A DNA stretch of 64,000 bases from a bacterium. GTDB taxonomy: Bacteria; Patescibacteriota; Dojkabacteria; JAKAPS01; JAJZLI01. A program made the position numbers and the translations under genes. The notes beneath the pieces were generated by a model, which saw nothing but the letters and a program-made list of their open reading frames with translations, did no database searches and was not told the DNA's origin. Below, one piece after another: positions 22,754 through 32,385 of this stretch (within the stretch, counting starts at the first letter, position 1; each line of letters opens with the position of its first letter). The stretch spans positions 1,113 to 65,112 of the forward strand of contig JAJYWX010000001.1 in the NCBI GenBank assembly GCA_021791275.1, in the 5' to 3' direction.

Positions 22754-25132
22754 TCAAATAACACCTTTTAACTCATCAATTGCCCTTTGTAATAATTGAG
22801 AATATAAATCAAATCCAACCTTATATATATTACCATGTTGATTTACTCCCATAATATCTCCTGCTCCACGAATCTCAAGATCTTTCATTGAAATCGAAAA
22901 ACCACTCCCCACAGATTGGTTATTTACTATTGTATTTAACCTGCTATAGACAGTTTTATTATTTTTTAAAATATTTTCTGGACAAACTAAATAACAATAT
23001 GCTTGTTTTTCACTTCTACCAACTCTACCCCTAAATTGATATAACTGACCCAAACCAAACTTAAATGATTGGTTGATAATTATTGTATTAACATTAGGCA
23101 AATCTATACCATTTTCTATTATAGACGTTGAAACTAATAATGGAAATTTTCCAATCCTGAAATCCTCTAAAACTGACTCCAAATTTTTCATTCCACCAAA
23201 AGCTATTTCTATTTTAATATGAGGAATACTCTCCTTTATAAGATTTTTTATTAGATTCAACGTACTAATATTGTTATGTAAAAAGAATACCTGCCCATTT
23301 CTATTAAGTTCAAATTTTATTATCTCAACAAATTTATTAATATTAAAATCTATTATCTCTGTATATACAGATTTACGCCCAATAGGAGGTGTTGAAATAA
23401 TGCTAATATCTCTTATTCCTGCAAAAGTTGAATATAAAGTTCTAGGTATTGGAGTTGCTGTCATTGAAAGATAATCTACATTTAATTTAAACTTCTTAAG
23501 TTTTTCTTTCTGCTTTACCCCAAACCGCTGTTCCTCATCAACAATTACTAGACCTAGATTAGAGAATTCTATTTTATTAGAAAGTATCTTATGCGTTGAT
23601 ATTAGTATATTGATTTCTCCACTTTTGACTCTATCCTTTAGAATATTTTCATCTTTAGCTTTAGTATTACGAGTTAATTTGCCTATCTTTATAGGAAAAA
23701 GTTTGAATCTTTCTTTAAATACTTCATAATGCTGATTCACTAAAATAGTTGTAGGCGCAACAATTAAAACTTGTTTCCCATTTATAACGGATAGAAATGA
23801 TGCTCTGGCTGCAACTTCAGTTTTACCAAAACCAACATCACCTACAATCAATCTATCCATTATCTTATCCGAATATAAATCATTTCTTACATCATTAATT
23901 GCAGATAGCTGATCCTTAGTCTCTATATGTTTAAATTGAGAGTTAAACTCATCTTCTAAATAATTATTTTCTTCATATATATATTCCCTTAAAGATAATT
24001 TCCTTTTTGCATCGGTAAATATTATATCCTTGGCTATATTCTCTATATCTTTAGTTACCTTCCTCCTAAGATTCATCCACTCAGATGTTCCTAATCTAGT
24101 TATTTTAGGAGGATTTTTCGAATAAGATATATACTTTGTTATTCTCTCAGATATTTCTAAAGGTATAAAAAGTCTATCATTATTTGCATATTCTATTTCA
24201 ATAAAATTCTTGGAAATTCCATTTTCCTCCCTTGATACTATACCTCTAAATATACCTATCCCGTGATTTATATGTACAATATAATCTCCAGGATATATTT
24301 TCCCATTAACAAAATCACTTACCAATCTTTTACTTTTTTTCTTTCTATATAAATTTAAATTAAATTCTCCATATATTTCTATATCAGTAAGAACAGAAAA
24401 ATTCCCATTTATAGATATAAATCCACAAGGAAAATTAATATCAGTATAAAAAACATTCTTACCTTTAAAATTTACGTTTTCAACAATTCCCCTGTTAGTT
24501 GATATTATAATATTTTTTATATTATTAAGTTTATACTTTAATTGTGAATCTAAATTAGTAAAGCGTGTTCTAAAAATATCGTAATCAAATTTATAATCAT
24601 AATTTATATTAGTAAATATAATTTTAGTATTGGAAAAAGGTTTTAGAGAAGAAGATATTCCTATTCCTTTTTCAGTTGGGAGAAGCAAATTATCAATCGA
24701 TAATATATATTTGAAAGTTAGAAAATCTCTAATAGATATTTCTTCTATATCCTCTCCCAAAAATATTATCCTATATATGTTATCATTTATTGATATATCA
24801 ATTTTATCTCCTAATATAGAGAATTCATGATTATTATCAATAATCTCAACCTTTTTAAAAATATCAATATCATTCAAAAAAGATTTTATATCAGAAAATT
24901 TAGAATTTAAATTTATTTTATAGAAATTAAAATTTGTATTACCATTTGAATAATAAAAAGAATAATTTTCTAAGAAATTATTCATAAATGAGGGAAAAAA
25001 TTCTATTAATGGATCCTCAATACCTGATACATTAATAACATTATCTATATTAGACTCTATATCTTTTTTCAAAGAATAAAAATTAGAATCAAGAGAAAAC
25101 AATTTTTCTATCTCAAAAATATTACTGTTCAA
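22754..25132 (-). CDS. mfd: transcription-repair coupling factor Mfd, minimal form (792 aa)
   Basis: CarD/TRCF RNAP-interaction motif GDYIVHINHGIGIF at about residue 283. SF2 helicase motifs GDVGFGKTEVA and DEEQRFG, TRG region ...QLYQFRGRVGR. The protein ends shortly after the translocase module. Confidence 0.85.
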   Translation of the reverse strand: MNSNIFEIEKLFSLDSNFYSLKKDIESNIDNVINVSGIEDPLIEFFPSFMNNFLENYSFYYSNGNTNFNFYKINLNSKFSDIKSFLNDIDIFKKVEIIDNNHEFSILGDKIDISINDNIYRIIFLGEDIEEISIRDFLTFKYILSIDNLLLPTEKGIGISSSLKPFSNTKIIFTNINYDYKFDYDIFRTRFTNLDSQLKYKLNNIKNIIISTNRGIVENVNFKGKNVFYTDINFPCGFISINGNFSVLTDIEIYGEFNLNLYRKKKSKRLVSDFVNGKIYPGDYIVHINHGIGIFRGIVSREENGISKNFIEIEYANNDRLFIPLEISERITKYISYSKNPPKITRLGTSEWMNLRRKVTKDIENIAKDIIFTDAKRKLSLREYIYEENNYLEDEFNSQFKHIETKDQLSAINDVRNDLYSDKIMDRLIVGDVGFGKTEVAARASFLSVINGKQVLIVAPTTILVNQHYEVFKERFKLFPIKIGKLTRNTKAKDENILKDRVKSGEINILISTHKILSNKIEFSNLGLVIVDEEQRFGVKQKEKLKKFKLNVDYLSMTATPIPRTLYSTFAGIRDISIISTPPIGRKSVYTEIIDFNINKFVEIIKFELNRNGQVFFLHNNISTLNLIKNLIKESIPHIKIEIAFGGMKNLESVLEDFRIGKFPLLVSTSIIENGIDLPNVNTIIINQSFKFGLGQLYQFRGRVGRSEKQAYCYLVCPENILKNNKTVYSRLNTIVNNQSVGSGFSISMKDLEIRGAGDIMGVNQHGNIYKVGFDLYSQLLQRAIDELKGVI

Positions 25133-25138
25133 TTTATA

Positions 25139-25654
25139 CTATGATATTTCTAATTGATTAAAAACTTCTTCAAACAATAAACCCAAATTTTCTAATTCAG
25201 ATTTTGTAAAATTGCTTAATACATAATCAATGGCATTATATCTACTCTTTTCTTCAGTATCAATTCCAATCCTAATACTGGTAAAACTATCAATATAAAG
25301 TAATACCGAATTGACACCATTATGTGTTTTTGGCCTAGAATTAGTAATTTTAAATTTCCCAAAACTTATATCTAAATCATCATATACAACATAAATTTTT
25401 TTAAAATCCTTCTTATAATAATTAAAAATTTTCACTATAGAATCTCCAGAATCATTCATAAATGTCATTGGCTTTGCTAATATAATATCATTATATTTGA
25501 ATACATCGGCATTAAAATTTTTATTCAGTACAAATTCATTATTACTAAATCCTATTTTATTAATAAGATAATCTAAAAATAAAAATCCTACATTATGCCT
25601 ACTATTAAAATATTCTTTACCTGGATTTCCCAATCCAACAATTAAATTATACAT
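25139..25654 (-). CDS. pth: peptidyl-tRNA hydrolase
   Basis: 171 aa. N-terminal GLGNPG and catalytic His (RHNVGF). Confidence 0.85.
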   Translation of the reverse strand: MYNLIVGLGNPGKEYFNSRHNVGFLFLDYLINKIGFSNNEFVLNKNFNADVFKYNDIILAKPMTFMNDSGDSIVKIFNYYKKDFKKIYVVYDDLDISFGKFKITNSRPKTHNGVNSVLLYIDSFTSIRIGIDTEEKSRYNAIDYVLSNFTKSELENLGLLFEEVFNQLEIS

Positions 25655-26058
25655 TATAATTTACTTAAAATATTCTCTTGTATTATATACATTTTCTCAG
25701 ATTTATTTAATGGATTAATATGATTATAACCTAAAAGATGGAGTAATCCATGTATAAAGACTCTTTCAATTTCTTCGCTAAATTTAACCCCAAATATTAA
25801 AGAATTTTTCAAAACTTCATCTGGACATATATATATGTCTCCTATATAAAAAGGATCTTTATACTCTATAGCTATAACATCAGTATATGAATCTTTATTT
25901 CTGAATTTCTTATTTATTTTTCTTATCTTCTCTTTTCCAACAATATATAAAGAAAATTCTGGATTTTTAACTTTAATTTCATTAAAAACTTTCTTATAAA
26001 TTAAATTAAACCTAGATTCTTTGATATCATAAAGGGATTTATAAGAAGTATATATCAT
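25654..26058 (-). CDS. ybeY: rRNA maturation endoribonuclease YbeY
   Basis: 134 aa, metal-binding HGLLHLLGYNH motif. Confidence 0.85.
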   Translation of the reverse strand: MIYTSYKSLYDIKESRFNLIYKKVFNEIKVKNPEFSLYIVGKEKIRKINKKFRNKDSYTDVIAIEYKDPFYIGDIYICPDEVLKNSLIFGVKFSEEIERVFIHGLLHLLGYNHINPLNKSEKMYIIQENILSKL

Positions 26059-26495
26059 AGATATTTTTCTTTAATAATTTTAGCAATTCTTGCGCTGTCA
26101 ACTTGAAATTTAAATTTTGTTGTAATACTAGTTATAACACTTCCCATATCTTTCTGAGAAAAATTCTTAATACTATCGATTTCTTTCTTTACTAAATTAA
26201 TTAGCTCTTCATCTGAAATTTGTTCTGGCATATATGATTTCAACATTGATAACTCAAATTTTTCTTTATCAACCAACTCCATTTTTCCTAATTGAGTATA
26301 ATTTATGATATTATCCTCAATCTCCTTGATTGATCTTTTTAATACATTAAATACAATTTCATCTGAAATATCCTTTATACCTATTCTTATAGCTTCATTT
26401 TTTATTTGAGACAATAGCATCCTCAATACCGAGACTTTCTCTTTCTCAGAATTTTTCATATAAATTTTTAAATCTTCACCTAATTTTTTATACAT
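26055..26495 (-). CDS. GatB/YqeY-domain protein
   Basis: 146 aa helical protein with a YqeY-like pattern, between rpsU and ybeY as in many bacteria. Confidence 0.6.
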   Translation of the reverse strand: MYKKLGEDLKIYMKNSEKEKVSVLRMLLSQIKNEAIRIGIKDISDEIVFNVLKRSIKEIEDNIINYTQLGKMELVDKEKFELSMLKSYMPEQISDEELINLVKKEIDSIKNFSQKDMGSVITSITTKFKFQVDSARIAKIIKEKYL

Positions 26496-26500
26496 ACAGA

Positions 26501-26728
26501 TTATACAGAAAAACCTTTACCATACTTACTTCTTATTTTTCTCATAGCTCTGTGGTGTCTGGTCTTCCTTTTTTTAAACTCCCTTCTTAAAGCAGTTCTC
26601 TCTATAGATGGTTTCCTATAATATGTTCTTTCTTTCATTTCATCAAGAACACCATTACTGATGAGTTCTCTCATAAACCTTCTCCATGCGGATTCGAAAG
26701 GCTCAGATCCTCTTACTGTTACAGACAT
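26501..26728 (-). CDS. rpsU: 30S ribosomal protein S21
   Basis: 75 aa, highly basic, S21-like (MSVTVRGSEPFESAWRRF..RK..RHHR). Confidence 0.85.
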   Translation of the reverse strand: MSVTVRGSEPFESAWRRFMRELISNGVLDEMKERTYYRKPSIERTALRREFKKRKTRHHRAMRKIRSKYGKGFSV

Positions 26729-26742
26729 TACAAATTCACCTC

Positions 26743-27075
26743 CTAATTTACTTTATCATTAACATTCATTCCACTTAAGAAATGTATGTGTAAATGTTTT
26801 ACTTGTTGTAAATTTCCATTATTTACAACTATCTTAAAATCTTTGGTTTTTAATAAATCAGATACAACATTAATTGTATCTACTAAACTAGACCAATACT
26901 CTAAAACCTCAGCATCATTAAAGGACAATAAATTATCAATATGCCTTTTTGGTACTATCAGTTTATGTATTTCTGCAGATGGTTTTATGTCTGAAAAAAC
27001 AATAAAGAAATCATTTTCAAAAAGTATATCTGCATTAATGTCTTTATTTACAATTTTACAAAATATACAATCCAT
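26743..27075 (-). CDS. HIT-family nucleotide hydrolase
   Basis: 110 aa with the histidine-triad motif HLHIHFL. Confidence 0.8.
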   Translation of the reverse strand: MDCIFCKIVNKDINADILFENDFFIVFSDIKPSAEIHKLIVPKRHIDNLLSFNDAEVLEYWSSLVDTINVVSDLLKTKDFKIVVNNGNLQQVKHLHIHFLSGMNVNDKVN

Positions 27076-27139
27076 AGACTATAAAACCTAACAGTAAAAC
27101 ATCAAGGAAAGTATATCATAAAAAAAAGATGCGAACAAA

Positions 27140-28291
27140 CTATATGATTTTGAAGTTAATTAAGTCATTAAATGTAACAAAAATCATTAAAAGAATAAAA
27201 AATATTATACCCAAGATTGACAAATAGTACATCAATTTTTCATTTAATTTATAAGAAAATAACCCTTCTATTACTGCTAATAAAACATAGAATCCATCTA
27301 AAGGTGGTATTGGAAGTAAATTCATTATTGATAGAGATAATGATATTATTCCAAATATAAACAATAATCCCACTACACCATCTGTTTGGAATATGGAATT
27401 AGTGTACATATAGATACCTACAGGACCAGCAATCTGGCTTGTTATTATTTTGGAATTATTATGAATTATGGATTGATGAATTAAATAATAAAATCCTTGG
27501 AATGTAAGTTGCAATACATCATATGGAAAAGTAAAAATTGATAAAGCTTTTGATAAAAATGAGTTAAATTCAATATGAGATATTTCCTCTATAGATATCC
27601 CAACTGGTCCAGAATCCTTAGGATAATTAGATCTATCTAGAAAAGATTTACTATAAAATTTTCCTTCTGATATACCAAATAGATTTAAATTATTAACTTT
27701 ATAAAAATTAAATTTCAGAATTTTATTTTTATTAGAATCCACTAAACTTTCAATTTGAGAAATATTATGTATTTTTTTATTATCTATTGATTTTAAAATA
27801 TATAGCCCATTTAGTTTATCTTTATATACACTTGATGTTTTATCATTCGGAACTCCTGAGAATAAAACATTATTGACGTTAGTCCCAAATGTGAAATGAA
27901 AATTAGGTATTATATTTGAATAGTAAAATTTAAAATTTATTAATACTAGAAATATAAATAAAAACACTACTGCTGCTATAAAATTCATTACTACACCAGC
28001 TATTGTTATTAGAAATTTAGTTAATGGACTTGCTGCAGATAGTGATCCTTTAAGATTATTACTTGAATCATCCTCCCCAAATAAACTTACATATCCACCA
28101 AAAGGAAGAACATTTAGCCTATATTCAATTCCATTTCTTTTAAAGGAATATATTTTTGGTCCAAATCCAATAGCAAAGCTCTTTACAATAACACCTCTTT
28201 TTAAGGCAACAAACATGTGTCCCCATTCATGTATTATTATAAGTAGGCTTAAAAGGATTATAAAAATGAATAAAGTCAAAATATATTCCAT
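27140..28291 (-). CDS. rseP: site-2 protease (RseP/M50-family zinc metalloprotease)
   Basis: 383 aa. HEWGH (HExxH) in TM1, central PDZ-like region, NLLPIPPLDG motif. Confidence 0.8.
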   Translation of the reverse strand: MEYILTLFIFIILLSLLIIIHEWGHMFVALKRGVIVKSFAIGFGPKIYSFKRNGIEYRLNVLPFGGYVSLFGEDDSSNNLKGSLSAASPLTKFLITIAGVVMNFIAAVVFLFIFLVLINFKFYYSNIIPNFHFTFGTNVNNVLFSGVPNDKTSSVYKDKLNGLYILKSIDNKKIHNISQIESLVDSNKNKILKFNFYKVNNLNLFGISEGKFYSKSFLDRSNYPKDSGPVGISIEEISHIEFNSFLSKALSIFTFPYDVLQLTFQGFYYLIHQSIIHNNSKIITSQIAGPVGIYMYTNSIFQTDGVVGLLFIFGIISLSLSIMNLLPIPPLDGFYVLLAVIEGLFSYKLNEKLMYYLSILGIIFFILLMIFVTFNDLINFKII

Positions 28292-28298
28292 AGTTTAT

Positions 28299-28847
28299 TT
28301 ATACAGTAAGTAATTCTTCTTTTTTATTCTGATATATCTTATTTAATTCTTCCATTTCATCTTTTATTATTTTATCCACCATCTCTTCTTCTTTTTTATA
28401 TTCTGTTTCACTTATCTCATCATTTTCAAGAGATTTTTTTAAATCATTTAAATATTCTTTACGAATATTCCTCATTGAAATCTTACTATTTTCTAATTCA
28501 TTATTTAAAACTTTTACTAACTCATTCCTTCTCTCTTCACTCAATGGAGGAATAGGAATCTTGATTTCATCAGAAGATTTAATTGGATTTATACCTATAT
28601 TAGATTCTAATAAAGCATTATGAATTAAATCTATATTTGATTTATCCCATGGTTGTATTAGTATAAGATTAAAACTAGGGGTAGTAATAGTTGCAACTTG
28701 AGATAATTTCATTGAAGATGAGTATACTGATATTTTTATATCTTCTATTAAAGCTATATTTGCCTTTCCAGTTCTAAGTCTCTTTAACTCTTGTATAAAG
28801 AAATCTGTATTCTTAGAAATCTTTTGTTTAAAAGAATTTATATCCAT
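28299..28847 (-). CDS. frr: ribosome recycling factor
   Basis: 182 aa, RRF-like; conserved tsf-frr neighbourhood. Confidence 0.88.
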   Translation of the reverse strand: MDINSFKQKISKNTDFFIQELKRLRTGKANIALIEDIKISVYSSSMKLSQVATITTPSFNLILIQPWDKSNIDLIHNALLESNIGINPIKSSDEIKIPIPPLSEERRNELVKVLNNELENSKISMRNIRKEYLNDLKKSLENDEISETEYKKEEEMVDKIIKDEMEELNKIYQNKKEELLTV

Positions 28848-29441
28848 TTAAATACCTATTTCAAAACGAGAAAATTTTTCTATTTTAATATTCTCCCCCG
28901 TTTTAGAACTCATATCATCGATTAAATCCTTAACCTTTAATTTCTCATCTTTATAAAATTTTTGTTCTAATAAACAAATTTCTTCAAAAAATTTAGAAAG
29001 CCTACCTTCAATAATCTTTTCTTGTACAGATTTTTCTTTAGACTTAAAATCTTTCTCTAAAGATATAAGCTCTTTTTCCTTATTAATAATATCTATAGGA
29101 ACATCTTCTTTTGATATATACTCAGGAGAAGATGTTACAACCTGTATAGCAAGAGAATGAGCTAGGTCTTTAAATAAATCCGTCCTGGCTACAAAATCAG
29201 TCTCACATTTTAACATTAACAATGAGCCTAATCTTCCATTATGATGAATATAGCTTCCAATCCATCCTTCAGAAACCTCTCTAGAACTCCTAGATAATGA
29301 TTTCAATACCCCCTTCTTCCTTAATATTTTTACAGCTTCATCAATATTTCCATTAGATTCTTCTAGCGCATCTTTACAATCTGATATTCCTGCATTAGTT
29401 AACTCTCGTAATTGTTTAATTAATGATAAATCTATTTTCAT
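28848..29441 (-). CDS. tsf: translation elongation factor Ts
   Basis: 197 aa short EF-Ts. N-terminal UBA-like LRELTNAGISDCKDAL. Confidence 0.82.
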   Translation of the reverse strand: MKIDLSLIKQLRELTNAGISDCKDALEESNGNIDEAVKILRKKGVLKSLSRSSREVSEGWIGSYIHHNGRLGSLLMLKCETDFVARTDLFKDLAHSLAIQVVTSSPEYISKEDVPIDIINKEKELISLEKDFKSKEKSVQEKIIEGRLSKFFEEICLLEQKFYKDEKLKVKDLIDDMSSKTGENIKIEKFSRFEIGI

Positions 29442-30103
29442 TTTAGAATATTATTTACTAAATAATTTAATATTATACTAACTGATTTAATTCCATCATC
29501 ATTTCCTGGAATTGGATAATCAACTTGATCGGGATCAACATTAGTATCAACAATTGCTACGACTGGGATAAGAAGTCTCTTTGCTTCTTTTAGGGCAACT
29601 TGCTCATTCTTTATATCTACTATAACTATAGCATCCAATTTTGAAGTCATACCTATTATTCCTCCATATAATTGAAGTAATTTATCTCTCTCTTCTGATA
29701 TTCTTAATAATTCTAATTTCGTTTTGTTTTCAGATAATGATTTGTCATTTAAGATTTTTTCATACTCATCTAGTTTAGATAAACTCTTTGTAACAGTTTT
29801 AAAGTTTGTAAGTAGACCTCCTGGCCACCTATTATTTATATAAAAGGCTCCAAGTTTTTCTGCAGAATCTTTGATTACATCTTGAATTTGTTTCTTTGTT
29901 CCAACAAAAAGTATATTCTTATGATTAACCTTTTTTAGAAAATTTAAAGCTTCATTTAAGCAAACAATAGTTTGATCTAAATCAATTATATGTGAGCCCA
30001 TAGACTCTCCATAAATATACTTTTTCATTTTTGGGTTCCATCTTCTTGTTTGATGGCCGAAATGAACACCTGATTGTAATAAATCTAATTGAGTAATTTC
30101 CAT
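29438..30103 (-). CDS. rpsB: 30S ribosomal protein S2
   Basis: 221 aa, S2-like. SD AAAGGAGAA lies 6 nt upstream of the ATG on the minus strand. Confidence 0.9.
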   Translation of the reverse strand: MEITQLDLLQSGVHFGHQTRRWNPKMKKYIYGESMGSHIIDLDQTIVCLNEALNFLKKVNHKNILFVGTKKQIQDVIKDSAEKLGAFYINNRWPGGLLTNFKTVTKSLSKLDEYEKILNDKSLSENKTKLELLRISEERDKLLQLYGGIIGMTSKLDAIVIVDIKNEQVALKEAKRLLIPVVAIVDTNVDPDQVDYPIPGNDDGIKSVSIILNYLVNNILK

Positions 30104-30214
30104 AATATTCTCCTTTTATCACCTACTCGCTCAGAATCTAGAAACTAGACAAAGAGAAAAACGAGTATGAATTGATAATGTGTATTTTAGCATCTAAAGG
30201 CAAATAAAACAAAC

Positions 30215-32371
30215 TTATCCATTAATTTTTTCTAAAGAATTTGTTGTAAAGTGACACTTAGGGTAATTTGAACAACCATAAAAAATTTGTCCTCTTTTAT
30301 TCTTCATCTCAACAATCTTCCCTTTTCCACATTCAGGACAATCTATTTCTAAAATCTTTTTTTCTCTTTCCTTTAAAGATTTCGTGTATTTGCAAGTAGG
30401 ATAATTACTACAAGCATAAAATTCACCAAACCTTCCCTTTTTCATTACTAAGTTAGCTCCACATTTAGGGCACAATTCATCTGTTTCGATATTACTTGAG
30501 GAACCATTATCTTCAATCGATTTCATTCCTTTACAATCCGGATATCTTGAACAACTTAAAAATTTCCCATACCTACCTAGTTTAATAAACATTTTTGCAC
30601 CACATTCTGGACATAATTCATCTGTATCACCTAATTTCGTTATATCCCCCTTATCTATAGTATTTGTTTTTTCTTCTATATCTTTCTCAAAAGGATAATA
30701 AAAATCTGATATTACCTTTACCCAATCTAGCTTACCTCCTGCTATGTTATCTAAGTCGCTTTCCATGTCAGATGTAAATTCTACATCTACAATTTTAGAA
30801 AAGTACTTTTCCAAAAAATCACTTACAACAACCCCTACATCTGTAGGGAAAAAAAGTTTCTCTTTTCTTTCAACATAGCCTCTATTTAGAAGTGTAGAAA
30901 TAATTGTTGAATAGGTTGATGGCCTACCAATACCAGATTTTTCACATTCCTTTATTAAAGACGCGTCATTATATCTAGGTGGAGGTTCTGTAAAATGTTG
31001 TTCTTTTAAAGTCTTTAAGTATTTAATATTTTTTTTATCTATATCTTTAATATTATCAAAAGGAAAATCTAAAATATTTTCATCTTTTTTTACGAAATAG
31101 TTATATACCTTTGTATACCCATCAAATTTAATTTGAGAAAAGCTTGATAAAAATGTATATATATTATTTTTGTATTTTATATCAAGAACTAAACGTTTAT
31201 TTTCACTTATTGATGGATTCATTTGAGAACTTAAAGCTCTTCTCCATATCATTTCATAAAGTCTTAGTAAATCTTTATCTAAATATTGCTTTAAATCTTC
31301 TGGTTTCTTATTTATATCTGTAGGACGAATAGCTTCGTGTGCTTCTTGAGATAGTTTACTTTTATTTTTATAAATATTAGGACTTTTTGGCAAATACTTT
31401 TCAGAATAATTTTTCAAAATAGAATTTCTAATCTCCTCAATAGCATTTTTTGATAAAAATAAAGCATCTGTTCTCATATATGTTATTAATCCAACATTAT
31501 TTCCATCTATATTTACACCTTCATAAAGTTTTTGAGCTAGTAACATTGTTTTTTTTGATGAAAAACCTAATCTAATATTAGAGTCTTGTTGTAATGTTGA
31601 AGTTGTATATGGAGGTTTAGGATTTCTCTTTAAGTCTGTTTTTTTTATATCTTTAAAATCTAATTCCCCAGACTGAACTTCAGTTTCAATATTATCAGCA
31701 GATTCTTTACTCTTAATAACAGCCTTTTTACCGTTGATTTTAGATAAATTAAAGTTAACAACATTATTATTTATACTTACTTCACAAGATAAGTTCCAAT
31801 ATTCTTCTGGAGTAAAATTCTCTATCTCCCTTTCTCTTTTTACAATTAGATTCAATGCTGCTGATTGAACTCTCCCGGCAGATAAACCATATCTGATTTT
31901 CTTCCATAAGAGAGGAGATAATTTATATCCCACAATTCTATCTAAAACCCTTCTTGCTTGCTGGGCATTAACTAAGTTCATATTTAAATTCCCAGGATTC
32001 TTTAAGGCTTCATTTAATGCATTCTTTGTTATCTCATGAAATGTTATCCGAGATATCTTGACCTTATCATTTATTTTAAGGGTCCTTAGAATATGCCACC
32101 CAATAGCCTCTCCTTCCCTATCTGGGTCTGTAGCAATATATAAATTCTCAACACCTTTTAGATCTTTTTGAATTTCTTTTAATACCTTAGATTTATCTTT
32201 TAGTATTTCATATTCTGGATTAAATCCATTTTCTACATCAATTCCAAGTTTACTCTTTGGTAAATCTTCAATATGACCTTTAGTTGCAATAACACTATAC
32301 TCATTAGACAAAAATTTAGATAATGTACTTGCTTTGGTTGGAGATTCAACGATTATAAGATTCTTTGACAT
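30215..32371 (-). CDS. topA: DNA topoisomerase I
   Basis: 718 aa. Toprim domain, catalytic-Tyr region, three C-terminal C4 zinc ribbons (CPECG...C, CPKCG...C, CPECG...C). Confidence 0.93.
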   Translation of the reverse strand: MSKNLIIVESPTKASTLSKFLSNEYSVIATKGHIEDLPKSKLGIDVENGFNPEYEILKDKSKVLKEIQKDLKGVENLYIATDPDREGEAIGWHILRTLKINDKVKISRITFHEITKNALNEALKNPGNLNMNLVNAQQARRVLDRIVGYKLSPLLWKKIRYGLSAGRVQSAALNLIVKREREIENFTPEEYWNLSCEVSINNNVVNFNLSKINGKKAVIKSKESADNIETEVQSGELDFKDIKKTDLKRNPKPPYTTSTLQQDSNIRLGFSSKKTMLLAQKLYEGVNIDGNNVGLITYMRTDALFLSKNAIEEIRNSILKNYSEKYLPKSPNIYKNKSKLSQEAHEAIRPTDINKKPEDLKQYLDKDLLRLYEMIWRRALSSQMNPSISENKRLVLDIKYKNNIYTFLSSFSQIKFDGYTKVYNYFVKKDENILDFPFDNIKDIDKKNIKYLKTLKEQHFTEPPPRYNDASLIKECEKSGIGRPSTYSTIISTLLNRGYVERKEKLFFPTDVGVVVSDFLEKYFSKIVDVEFTSDMESDLDNIAGGKLDWVKVISDFYYPFEKDIEEKTNTIDKGDITKLGDTDELCPECGAKMFIKLGRYGKFLSCSRYPDCKGMKSIEDNGSSSNIETDELCPKCGANLVMKKGRFGEFYACSNYPTCKYTKSLKEREKKILEIDCPECGKGKIVEMKNKRGQIFYGCSNYPKCHFTTNSLEKING

Positions 32372-32385
32372 AAGTATTATATAAA

